Below, piece after piece: positions 27,242-35,940 of a DNA stretch of 43,274 nucleotides (the first letter of the stretch is position 1; the number at the start of each line of letters is the position of its first letter). The DNA is from an uncultured archaeon (GTDB lineage: Archaea > Iainarchaeota > Iainarchaeia > Iainarchaeales > JAAZKV01), in contig CAZSDT010000004.1 in the NCBI GenBank assembly GCA_964605745.1, positions 1 through 43,274 on the forward strand. The letters are read 5' to 3'. The position numbers and the translations under genes are program-made. The notes beneath the pieces were generated by a model. That model was given only the letters and a program-made list of their open reading frames with translations. It was not told where the DNA came from and made no database searches.

Positions 27242-27318
27242 GTGAAGCAATAGCTTCACAGCCCCCAATAAAGCAAAAAGCTTTATTAGGTCGCCACAAA
27301 AGCTAGCGCTTTTGTTGG
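27242..27318. other. Cluster of three hairpins sharing an AAAGC/GCTTT stem core
   Basis: GTGAAGC-aata-GCTTCAC (27242-27259). AATAAAGC-aaaaa-GCTTTATT (27267-27287). CCACAAAAGC-tagc-GCTTTTGTTGG (27294-27318, one bulge). Locally GC-enriched spacers (cagccccc, aggtcg). Confidence 0.5.
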
Positions 27319-27470
27319 TGTAAAGTAAAACTTTAAATGTTGGACAAATTTTAAATTAATCCAAAAATTATTTTTAAATATTTTAAAAATATGTCCAAGA
27401 AATAAAGCAAAATAATGTTTTGAGTATGACATAAATAAGGTTTGCTACGAACAGAGTTTGCAAGAAATAA

Positions 27471-29003
27471 TTATAAGAACGAATTTACTTCTTCAGCTGT
27501 TTTTTTATCATCCGCATAAAATGCTTTTGCAGAATCTTCTAAAGTTGATTCGTGTCTGCTTGGTTGAGATTTTCTCAAACGCACTTTAAAAAAAGTAGGG
27601 GCACCAACAGCTTCACCAACAATTAAAGCTTCACCAACTCTAAGAGAAGAAATTGAATTAATACTTTGTTTATCCAACCCCTCACAAGATTGTGCGATGT
27701 GATCCAAATCATAAGGATTAGTTATTCTAAGAATTACATTAGTATTGCAATTTGCTAGAGTAGTTGTATCTAATCTTTTTGGTCTTTGAGAAATTACTAC
27801 TAGAGCAGCACCAAACTTTCTTCCTTCTCTTGCAATAGTTCTAAGATAACTTCTTGCAACAGCGTGTTCACTTGCAGTTCCTTCAGGGATAAAATTATGA
27901 GCTTCTTCAACAAATAAAGCAAACGGAGGAATCTTTTTACTTACCCCTCTTCTCTCGTGGAACAATTTATTTGAAATATAAGCAACAATAACTTGCTTCT
28001 TCTTCTCCGAAATAACCATATTCAAATCAATTACAACCAACTGATTTGGTTTTACAAAATCAACAATACCCGGTTCATCAATTTTCCCAAAAATATTTAA
28101 TTCTTCCAATTCAGAAATAATCCCATACAAAGAACTTTGAGTTTTTTCATTATCAATAGAATCAATTTCCGATTTCACTGCAGTTAAATCAAATGGACCT
28201 GAACCAGAACGCATTTCTTCATTTAATTTATTTAAAATTCTCCCCAAAGCTCTTTTTTGATTTGGAGAAAGTTCAACCATAGAAGAAATCATGTGAATGC
28301 TTACTTTTGATAACGCAATTTTAATTCTAGTTCCATCAATTATTTTTGTTCTAGCTGAAAAATCAATAAATCCTTCTTCCTCGCTTGACTTCTTTAATGG
28401 TTCTCCAAAGCAAGTATATTCTCCATGAGTATCAAAAACAACTACACCAATTTGGCCCTGCTCTTTTTTTCTAACTAAAAGTTCTTCAAGCAAAACCGAA
28501 ATAAAATAACTTTTGCCCGCCCCACTAGTTGCAACAATTGCTAAATGCTTTTGCAAAAGTTTTGATAAATTTAATTTTAATTCAACATCATGAAACTGCA
28601 ATCTACCTAAATTTAATCCATTTTCTTGAATAGAAAGAAATTTTTTTATCCGTTCATTATCTGCACAAAAAACTTTTGTTCCAGGAGAAGGGGGAAAAGT
28701 TGCTCTTTGAATTAAATTATTATTAAAAACCCCAATCGGTTTTGCAGTTGCAACCAAAAACTCCCACTCAGCAGAAGGAAAATTCTTTTCCAAATCCTCT
28801 CCAATTACTTTAACTGAATCAGGCCTTTGAAAATATCTATTAGTCTTAATGACTTCTTCAACTAAAAGCATCATTACTCCTTCAGAGTAATCAAGCTCCA
28901 CAAACATTCCTTTGTGAGCTTTTCCATTATTAACTACAAAAGCAACATTGCTTGGAGAAGGCCCCTCCATTGTTGAAACAACTGTACCTAACTGTTCACG
29001 CAT
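27471..29003 (-). CDS. herA: HerA-type hexameric DNA helicase/translocase
   Basis: N-terminal HAS-barrel-like region, Walker A VATSGAGKSY, Walker B region FALFVEEAHNF, and VVISQRP. Confidence 0.85.
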   Translation of the reverse strand: MREQLGTVVSTMEGPSPSNVAFVVNNGKAHKGMFVELDYSEGVMMLLVEEVIKTNRYFQRPDSVKVIGEDLEKNFPSAEWEFLVATAKPIGVFNNNLIQRATFPPSPGTKVFCADNERIKKFLSIQENGLNLGRLQFHDVELKLNLSKLLQKHLAIVATSGAGKSYFISVLLEELLVRKKEQGQIGVVVFDTHGEYTCFGEPLKKSSEEEGFIDFSARTKIIDGTRIKIALSKVSIHMISSMVELSPNQKRALGRILNKLNEEMRSGSGPFDLTAVKSEIDSIDNEKTQSSLYGIISELEELNIFGKIDEPGIVDFVKPNQLVVIDLNMVISEKKKQVIVAYISNKLFHERRGVSKKIPPFALFVEEAHNFIPEGTASEHAVARSYLRTIAREGRKFGAALVVISQRPKRLDTTTLANCNTNVILRITNPYDLDHIAQSCEGLDKQSINSISSLRVGEALIVGEAVGAPTFFKVRLRKSQPSRHESTLEDSAKAFYADDKKTAEEVNSFL

Positions 29004-29084
29004 AATACAATAAGTAGAATTAGTTGTTTTTAAATTAGTTAGGGAGTAAATTACCGGCGCAAAGTTCCATTTTTTTTAAAAAAA

Positions 29085-29312
29085 CTAAATTCTTGGTCTT
29101 TTGACTTTAAAAGATTTTAATAATTTTTTAGCCGCAGCACGACTAGCAGCTGCTTTTTTTAATTCGACTTTTCTAGCAAGAACTGCTTTTTCTATAAGAA
29201 GAAATCTTGGGTTTAATGAATCTGTTTTTAATTTACTTGCTCTTGCATTAATCTGAGCCATTTGGGTTTCTATTTCTTTTATTTTTTGTTTTCGTTCTGC
29301 ATCAGTCGCCAT
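29085..29312 (-). CDS. Small basic coiled-coil protein, unknown function
   Basis: 75 aa, K/A/R-rich. Abuts the stop of the upstream HAD gene, so likely co-transcribed. Confidence 0.4.
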   Translation of the reverse strand: MATDAERKQKIKEIETQMAQINARASKLKTDSLNPRFLLIEKAVLARKVELKKAAASRAAAKKLLKSFKVKRPRI

Positions 29313-29969
29313 TTACAACTCACCTAACACTTTATTTATATCCTTTAAAGTATTTAATTCAAACTCGGGCGTAACTTTTGCTAAATCAAAACTCTTACCC
29401 TTACGATTAATCCAAGCGTTATGCATGCCCATACTTTGCGCACCAATAATATCACTTCTTAAAGAATCCCCAACCATTAATGCTTCACTTTCTTTTACTT
29501 TAAAATGCTTTAAGACAGTTTGAAACATTTTCTTATCCGGCTTAATTGCACCAATTTTATAACTCAAACCCAAAAAATCAAAATACTTTGAAACACTAAT
29601 TTTTTTATCAACCTTTTCAAAAGCAATACTTTCTGTATTAGTAAGCAAAGCCAATTTGTAACCATCCTTACGAAGCATTTCTAAAACACTTACAACCTCA
29701 GGAAAAAAACAAATAGTATTCAAACGATTTGTAAAAACCTCATACAACTCAGCTTCCAAAACAGCAGAGTCTGTGCCAAATTCTTTTAAAAAATCTTTTC
29801 TTAATTCACTAAAATTTTTATAATTTTTTAATTGAGTTGCACGCTCATACCTTGCAAGATAATCTCCCAAAGACACTCCTTGGTTTTTAATTAAAGAAAA
29901 TAAAAAAGGCCAATCAATAGTAGTTGGAATTAAAGTATTCCACAAATCAAAAATAACGAGTTTAATCAT
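29313..29969 (-). CDS. HAD-superfamily hydrolase, subfamily IA
   Basis: Motif I VIFDLWNTLI, motif II LLTNT, motif III/IV K...MVGDSLRSDIIGA. Confidence 0.8.
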   Translation of the reverse strand: MIKLVIFDLWNTLIPTTIDWPFLFSLIKNQGVSLGDYLARYERATQLKNYKNFSELRKDFLKEFGTDSAVLEAELYEVFTNRLNTICFFPEVVSVLEMLRKDGYKLALLTNTESIAFEKVDKKISVSKYFDFLGLSYKIGAIKPDKKMFQTVLKHFKVKESEALMVGDSLRSDIIGAQSMGMHNAWINRKGKSFDLAKVTPEFELNTLKDINKVLGEL

Positions 29970-30078
29970 TCAACCAACAACCCAAATTTATTTAATTTAA
30001 AAAAAATTAATTTAATCATTTTTTTCACAAACACAAAATAATTAAAGTTCATACTTAAAAAAGCTTACTTTTAGAATT

Positions 30079-31161
30079 TTATCCAAAAGGTCTGTTTGTT
30101 CTACGCATCCTAATTTTGCTTCCAAGTTTATCTACTAATCTTTCATACACTACACTAATTTCCTGCTCATTTAATCCTGCTCTAAGATCAGCTTCAATTA
30201 AAACACTTGGAAAAGAATATTCTTTATGAAGAGAAGACAAAGAAAATACCACTCCTGCAATTTGGTTAGCAACACCCAACAAATCAGATTTATCTTTTAA
30301 AATAAATTCTACTCGAAGAGGTTTATCAAATAAAGAACATTTTAAATAAAAAACAAAAATACTCTTAGCCCATTCTGGCGAATAATCTTTTAGAATTACA
30401 TGCTTAGAAACATCATCAGTATAAGGAAAAGCAAAAGTTCTCTCCCCCTCTACTAAATAATAATCTAGTAAAGAAGCATCAAACGAATTATCAAGAAGTC
30501 TTGATTCTATTTTTGATTTACTATTAGGAATTATTTCTTCTTGTAAAATTTGCCTAAAACGCGTACCCCGAGAATCCTCAACACAACCTATTAAAATAGT
30601 TGAATTAATTTGGGCAATTTTATACAACTGTTCAAACAATTTAACAATGGAAAAATAATCTTCATTAATTCCAGACTCCTTTCTTGGTTTATCCTGATAC
30701 TGTGGAACGAGCGAGCCGTCAATAAACAAATACTTTGGCTTGTATTTTATTATTATTTGAATTGCACACTTAACTTCCTCCTCCAACCTAATAAGAGAAA
30801 CACTTTGTGCTTCCTCATCTTTTTCAAGACCACTCTTAAGCAAAATAGGTTCAGGAAAAGAAAATGGAGCAGGAAAATAATCTGATTTAACTAAGGTTCC
30901 TTTAGTATAAGAAAAAACTGTACCGATTGTTTTAATTAAAACTAAATCAATAAAAGATAATTTTTTTGAAACAAACCCTGAATCAACCCCCGCCACTGAA
31001 AAGTCAAGAGGCCCTTTTTTTACTAAAATTGCAATTGGTTCAATTTTGTTAGGAGAAGGAAGTGATTTTAGAGGAGAAAGAACTTGCGAAAGTTTTTCAT
31101 TAAAAGAATGCCTCTCTTCTATAGCGCGAACCGCATTCTTAAAAAATTCATCAAAAGCCAC
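30079..31161 (-). CDS. nurA: NurA-type 5'-3' nuclease
   Basis: VAGVDSGF and YLFIDGSLVPQ motifs (catalytic Asp contexts of the NurA domain). Size ~360 aa. HerA lies nearby. Confidence 0.75.
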   Translation of the reverse strand: MAFDEFFKNAVRAIEERHSFNEKLSQVLSPLKSLPSPNKIEPIAILVKKGPLDFSVAGVDSGFVSKKLSFIDLVLIKTIGTVFSYTKGTLVKSDYFPAPFSFPEPILLKSGLEKDEEAQSVSLIRLEEEVKCAIQIIIKYKPKYLFIDGSLVPQYQDKPRKESGINEDYFSIVKLFEQLYKIAQINSTILIGCVEDSRGTRFRQILQEEIIPNSKSKIESRLLDNSFDASLLDYYLVEGERTFAFPYTDDVSKHVILKDYSPEWAKSIFVFYLKCSLFDKPLRVEFILKDKSDLLGVANQIAGVVFSLSSLHKEYSFPSVLIEADLRAGLNEQEISVVYERLVDKLGSKIRMRRTNRPFG

Positions 31162-31362
31162 TCTTATTTCACCTTAATCAATTAAGAAGCATTTGAAGCT
31201 ATTTAAAGCTATTTTAAGTAAATTACCACCCCCTCCAACCCTGAGCAAAACAAGATTTGAACCAGTGGATAAAGAAGGGGTGCAAAAAAGCAAGTTTTAT
31301 AAACAATGCAAGCTTCTACTTGTTCGGGTTAAACTAAACCCATATCAAGAAAGGTGTTTATC

Positions 31363-31680
31363 ATGAAGGCAAAGTTTGAAGTACGGACAATAAAAAGTTC
31401 TTGGAAACCTCCGTTCAAGAAAGATATAACAGACGAAATTTTTGAAGCAAGTGAAGGAGAATCATTTGACAAAATACAAGGAAATGGAAATACAGATGTT
31501 GTTTATACAGTGATGAAAGTTGCTGGAGACAGAGCAGTAGTAAAATACTCACGATTCTTTACATTAAAAGGACCAAACCCAGGAGATAAACAAATAATAC
31601 TTGAAAAAGACAAACCCGTTGAAATGACCTACATGTGGGGCGAAGACGGAATGACAAAAAAAATAACTTACAAAGGATAA
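31363..31680 (+). CDS. Hypothetical protein (105 aa)
   Basis: ATG 31363 has an AAGGTG SD 8 nt upstream and is preferred to GTG 31354. No recognisable motif. Confidence 0.45.
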   Translation: MKAKFEVRTIKSSWKPPFKKDITDEIFEASEGESFDKIQGNGNTDVVYTVMKVAGDRAVVKYSRFFTLKGPNPGDKQIILEKDKPVEMTYMWGEDGMTKKITYKG

Positions 31681-31698
31681 AAAACTTTTTTGATATAC

Positions 31699-31718
31699 TT
31701 GAGGAAAATTTTCCTCAA
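31699..31718. promoter_or_regulatory. 20-nt perfect palindrome TTGAGGAAAATTTTCCTCAA
   Basis: Lies 19 nt after the stop of the 105-aa gene and 61 nt upstream of the ArsR-family gene. Candidate terminator or operator. Confidence 0.4.
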
Positions 31719-31759
31719 TTATTGATTAATTCTTTGCTTAAGATAAGAATAAAAACCCT

Positions 31760-31781
31760 CATATGAATACTATTTCATATG
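31760..31781. promoter_or_regulatory. Inverted repeat CATATGAA-n6-TTCATATG overlapping the ArsR-family start codon
   Basis: Perfect 8-nt arms. The right arm contains the ATG at 31779. Candidate autoregulatory operator. Confidence 0.4.
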
Positions 31782-32102
31782 AAACAAACACAAATCAAAC
31801 CACACCAACCCCACAAATGCTTAGAGGTGTTAGGTAATGAAGTGCGCATGGGAATAATACAATTACTAATAAAAAAAGAAATGACAGTTCTGCAAATATG
31901 CCAGAATCTAAACAAAGAACAAAGCTTAATCAGCCACTCCCTAAAGCAATTACGAGAATGCTCTTTTGTTGATTTTAAAAAAAGAGGAAAGCAAAATGTT
32001 TATTATTTAAAAAGCGAAATTTTTAAAGACAAAAATAAAACCTTGCTTGAAATGTTCACTGAACACTCAAACAAATACTGCAAAGAAAAAAATAAAAATT
32101 AA
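31779..32102 (+). CDS. ArsR/SmtB-family winged-helix transcriptional regulator
   Basis: CLEVLGNEVRMGIIQLLIKKEMTVLQICQNLNKEQSLISHSLKQLRECSFVDFKKRGKQNVYYL fits the ArsR HTH pattern. It lies upstream of iscS-iscU. Confidence 0.75.
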   Translation: MKQTQIKPHQPHKCLEVLGNEVRMGIIQLLIKKEMTVLQICQNLNKEQSLISHSLKQLRECSFVDFKKRGKQNVYYLKSEIFKDKNKTLLEMFTEHSNKYCKEKNKN

Positions 32103-32165
32103 AAATAAGTTAAAAGAAAATAAAAAAACAATGTACATTTAAAAAAGAAATAAGGTGAACAAAAA

Positions 32166-33338
32166 ATGAAAGAAATCTATTTTGATTATTCTGCAACTAC
32201 TCCTGTTCGAAAAGAAGTTCTCAAAAGCGCTATACCTTATTTTTCAAATGATTTTGGAAACCCATCAAGCTTTCACTACAAAGGACTTTGCGCAAAAAAA
32301 GCACTCAATGATTCAAGAGAAAAAATTGCAAAAATATTAAATTGCGAAAAAGAAGAAATAATTTTTACCGGAAGCGGAACTGAAAGCATTAACTTAGCAA
32401 TCAAAGGAATTGCATTTAGAGAATTAGTTTTAGGAAAAAAAGGAACAATAATAAGTCAAGTTACAGAACACCACGCAGTAATTGAAACACTCACTTGGCT
32501 TGAAAAATTGGGTTTTAAAATAATAATGTTAAAACCAACAAAAGAAGGAATAATAGAAACTGAAAATTTAAGAAAAGCACTCGTGGAAAACAAAGATACA
32601 ATTTTAGTAAGTATAATGTATGCAAATAATGAAATAGGCGTAATACAAAACTTAAGCGAACTTTCTAAGGTTTGCAAAGAATTTAATGTTCCATTGCACA
32701 CTGATGCCTGCCAAGGAGCAGAATATTTAGATTTAGATACAAAAAAATTAGGAATTAATTTAATGACCATTAACGGAAGTAAATTATATTCATTCAAAGG
32801 AACAGGATTACTTTACAAAAATAAAGATTTGAAAATAGAACCCCTATTGCATGGAGGATCGCACGAATTTAAGTTACGAGCAGGAACTGAAAACGTTGCA
32901 GGAATAGTTGCACTCGCAACCGCGCTAAATTTAGCTACAAAAGAAAAGAAAAAAGAATCAAAAAGATTAACTCAATTAAGAGATTACATGATTAAAAAAA
33001 CTCTAAAAGAAATTCCAAAAAGTTACTTAAATGGAGATGCTCAAAATCGATTACCAAACAATGTTAATATTTCTTTTGAAGGAATAGAAGGAGAAAGTAT
33101 TTTGCTACGATTAAATGAAAAAAAAATATTTGTAAGCACAGGGAGTGCATGCGCTTCCCAATCACTCGACCCAAGCCACGTGTTACTCGGAATAGGCAAA
33201 AGTCACGGACTTGCACACTCAAGCATAAGATTTTCTTTAGGGAAAGACACAACAAAAAAACAAATTGATTACACATTAAAAGAACTTAAAAAAATTGTAA
33301 AAGAGTTAAGACAAATGAGTGCAGCTTGGAGAGGGTGA
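32166..33338 (+). CDS. iscS: Cysteine desulfurase (IscS/NifS class)
   Basis: SGTESINLAIKG, HTDACQG, a PLP-Lys region, and the active-site loop STGSACASQSLDPSHVL. Confidence 0.9.
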   Translation: MKEIYFDYSATTPVRKEVLKSAIPYFSNDFGNPSSFHYKGLCAKKALNDSREKIAKILNCEKEEIIFTGSGTESINLAIKGIAFRELVLGKKGTIISQVTEHHAVIETLTWLEKLGFKIIMLKPTKEGIIETENLRKALVENKDTILVSIMYANNEIGVIQNLSELSKVCKEFNVPLHTDACQGAEYLDLDTKKLGINLMTINGSKLYSFKGTGLLYKNKDLKIEPLLHGGSHEFKLRAGTENVAGIVALATALNLATKEKKKESKRLTQLRDYMIKKTLKEIPKSYLNGDAQNRLPNNVNISFEGIEGESILLRLNEKKIFVSTGSACASQSLDPSHVLLGIGKSHGLAHSSIRFSLGKDTTKKQIDYTLKELKKIVKELRQMSAAWRG

Positions 33339-33344
33339 AGGAAA

Positions 33345-34841
33345 ATGAAAGTAGAAGGAAATGATTGGGTTTATTCAGGAAAAGTAAAAGAGCACTTTCT
33401 TAAACCACAAAACTTTTTAAAAAATGAAAAAGAAGTAAAAACATTTAATGGATATGGAAAAGTTGGAAATATTAAGTGCGGAGACTTAATGGAAATGTGG
33501 ATAAAAGTAAAAAATAATAAAATTAAAGATGTTAAATGGAGAACTTTTGGATCATTACACCCAGAAGAAAAAGTTCTTATGAAGGATTACTCCTACAAAT
33601 CCGCAAAAGATATAAAAAAAGGAGAGATTATTATTGACGGGGATGGAAAACCTAACTTAATTGAATCAACTCTAGTAAAAAACTACTCAGGAAAAATGCT
33701 TACTTTTGTATTATCAACATCAAAATTTTATAATATTACACTAACTCCAAACCACCCAGTACAAGCTATAAAAAGAAATACTATTTCATTAGTAAATCGC
33801 ACATCTAAAAAACGTTGGTCAGAAATATCAGAGAAAAAAGCAATTAATGCATCACCCCAAATTTACTCTGCGAGTGAAATAAAAAAAACTGATTTTCTCT
33901 TATTTCATGCACCCAAATTAATACAAGATGATAAAGAGCTTACAGAAGATATTTGCACCTTACTAGGATATTATGTTTCCGACGGAGGGTTACCTTCAAA
34001 AAACAGAGTAATATTTTACTTAGGGCTTGGTGAAACTGAATTTGTAAATGAAATAGTTAATATTTGTAAAAAAAATAATTGGAAAACAACTCAATATAAA
34101 AGAAAAACAGAAAACGTGTTTTGTGTACAAATTAATGAACCAAAAGTAGTTTCGCTCCTCAGAACTTACGGCGGTGGCCCAAGCAAAAAAATTTTTTCAG
34201 ATATGATTCTAATATTACCACCAAAAAAACAAATGAAAATAATTGATGCTTACATCAAAGGAGATGGTTGGGTTGAACAACAAAAAGAAACTTGGAAACC
34301 ACAATACTTTATTTCTACTTCAAATGAAAGACTTGCAAACCAAATACAAATAATGCTTGCAAGAAACCAAATATTTGCTCCACAACACTATAGAAAACCA
34401 AGACAATTTTGCTGTAGAGGAAAAACCTACAAAAATAGTGGCGAAATTAATCTAGTCTTCAGAAAAGATACAAAATATTCTAGAATAAAATTTAGTAAAA
34501 AAGAAAATGCTTTTTTGATTCCAATACAAAAAATAATTAAAAGTGATTATAAGGGAAAAATAATTGATTTAAGCCTTTTTGAACAACCAAACACATATCG
34601 TATAAAAGGCATTTCAATACACAACTGTGCGTCAGCAATTGCTTCTACTTCAGCATTAAGTGAAATGCTTAAAGAAAAAGGCGGAATGAGTCTAGAAAAA
34701 GCAAAACTTTTAACTGGAAAAGATATTGTAGAAAGACTTGAAGGACTACCTGCAATAAAAATACACTGCTCCGTTCTTGGAGATGAGGCTTTACGCGAAG
34801 CAATTAAAGATTATGAAGAAAAAGCAAAAGCTACTAAATAA
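33345..34841 (+). CDS. iscU: Fe-S cluster scaffold IscU/NifU-N interrupted by an intein
   Basis: Extein N (aa 1-69) has GNIKCGDLMEMWIKV...WRTFG. Extein C (aa 428-498) has CASAIASTS...IKIHCSVLGDEAL. The joined exteins give a ~140-aa IscU with all three ligand Cys. Confidence 0.85.
   Translation: MKVEGNDWVYSGKVKEHFLKPQNFLKNEKEVKTFNGYGKVGNIKCGDLMEMWIKVKNNKIKDVKWRTFGSLHPEEKVLMKDYSYKSAKDIKKGEIIIDGDGKPNLIESTLVKNYSGKMLTFVLSTSKFYNITLTPNHPVQAIKRNTISLVNRTSKKRWSEISEKKAINASPQIYSASEIKKTDFLLFHAPKLIQDDKELTEDICTLLGYYVSDGGLPSKNRVIFYLGLGETEFVNEIVNICKKNNWKTTQYKRKTENVFCVQINEPKVVSLLRTYGGGPSKKIFSDMILILPPKKQMKIIDAYIKGDGWVEQQKETWKPQYFISTSNERLANQIQIMLARNQIFAPQHYRKPRQFCCRGKTYKNSGEINLVFRKDTKYSRIKFSKKENAFLIPIQKIIKSDYKGKIIDLSLFEQPNTYRIKGISIHNCASAIASTSALSEMLKEKGGMSLEKAKLLTGKDIVERLEGLPAIKIHCSVLGDEALREAIKDYEEKAKATK
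33552..34625 (+). mobile_element. Intein (358 aa) with a LAGLIDADG homing endonuclease domain
   Basis: Ser1 (SLHPEEKVLMKD), block B TLTPNHPV, LAGLIDADG motifs LLGYYVSDGG and IDAYIKGDGW, and terminal GISIHN followed by +1 Cys. Confidence 0.8.
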
Positions 34842-34865
34842 AAAGAGAATAACTAATATTATTTT

Positions 34866-35879
34866 ATGAAAAAAATAATTAAAATAAGCACTGACCCAAA
34901 AAGAAGATTTGGAGCAATGGCAAAACCGGGAGAAATTGTTTTTGGAACACACACACATTTAATTACAAGACCAAAAACGCAACCAACCATACAACAACTT
35001 TTAATTGAAGCCCAAAAAAAAGCAAAAGAAATGAAACTTAAACACAAAATAGCACAAAAATCAAAAAATAATCCAGTTCAAACAAAAATTACTGAATTAA
35101 GACACTTAGAAGCAGTAGAAAATTTGCACCAACTCCGCCGAGCAATGGCGCTAAAAGAATATAATGCACTACAAAAACAATTAAAAAATAAAACAGTAAC
35201 TGATCCAATTGAATTTCTTGCAAACAAAAACTCTATTTACACGCTTGCAAATAGAGTAAAATTTATTGAAAATTTAATTGATGTAAACAAAAGCCAACAA
35301 GAAACAATTAAAAGAGACTTAACTGAATTTTTAAGATCCCCTATTAAATTAAAAGCAAAAAAGTCAATTCAAGTAAAAAAAGTAAGTGCAAAAAGAGAGT
35401 ACACTTTAGAACAACAAAAAAATTTAGACATTCTTTTAGATAGTTTAAGCGAACAAAAAAAACTCGAGGATGGTCTAATTAACATAATAAAACGCTTGCC
35501 TTTAAACGACCCACGCAGAACAAAACATCTTGCAGAGCTAAAAGGAGTAAGAACAAATTTAAAATATTTGCCTGACCTTTTGGTAGAAGAAAGCCGATTT
35601 TTTGAACCAAAAACTAAAAAAATAAAAACCAGGTTTGAGAAAGCAAAAGAAGCTGAAATAATCGCTCTAGAAGATTATCAAAAAACAGCCAGAATACTTC
35701 GACCCTGGCACGCAGAAACAAAAGAAATGAGAATTGATTATTTAAGAGCAAAAAGAAGCCGATTATATGAAGAAGAAAGAATAACCACTAGCAAAAAAGA
35801 AAAAAGCAGAGTTAATTCAATGATACGCGCAGTCGAAAACGAAATCATAAAAGCTCAAAAAGAAAAAGAAAGAGAATAA
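34866..35879 (+). CDS. Lys/Glu-rich helical protein, unknown function
   Basis: A 337-aa uninterrupted ORF in a coding-dense region. No recognisable motif. Confidence 0.5.
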   Translation: MKKIIKISTDPKRRFGAMAKPGEIVFGTHTHLITRPKTQPTIQQLLIEAQKKAKEMKLKHKIAQKSKNNPVQTKITELRHLEAVENLHQLRRAMALKEYNALQKQLKNKTVTDPIEFLANKNSIYTLANRVKFIENLIDVNKSQQETIKRDLTEFLRSPIKLKAKKSIQVKKVSAKREYTLEQQKNLDILLDSLSEQKKLEDGLINIIKRLPLNDPRRTKHLAELKGVRTNLKYLPDLLVEESRFFEPKTKKIKTRFEKAKEAEIIALEDYQKTARILRPWHAETKEMRIDYLRAKRSRLYEEERITTSKKEKSRVNSMIRAVENEIIKAQKEKERE

Positions 35880-35940
35880 ATAAAATAGAAAAATACGCTA
35901 ACAAGCTGATTTAAAAAGAAAAACAACCAAACAATAGAAT

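Noticed and set aside
27161-27268. 36-aa N-terminal extension of the PolB-like ORF from a TTG start (MGAVKLLLHLKVKSLILLRRQIGLKAFLSNQKCFIC).
   Set aside because: The extension is the translation of the hairpin cluster and depends on a TTG start. The PolB-like similarity begins after the internal ATG (MLQENEV...). It is treated as non-coding, with some uncertainty.
31225-31285. GC-rich patch in the nurA / 105-aa-gene intergenic region, with a T-loop-like GGTTCAAATC on the minus strand. It could be a tRNA fragment or small RNA.
   Set aside because: No complementary T-stem, acceptor stem or anticodon arm could be built around it. No C/D or H/ACA boxes were found. Only an imperfect CACCCC...GGGGTG pairing remains, which is more likely promoter or 5' UTR sequence.
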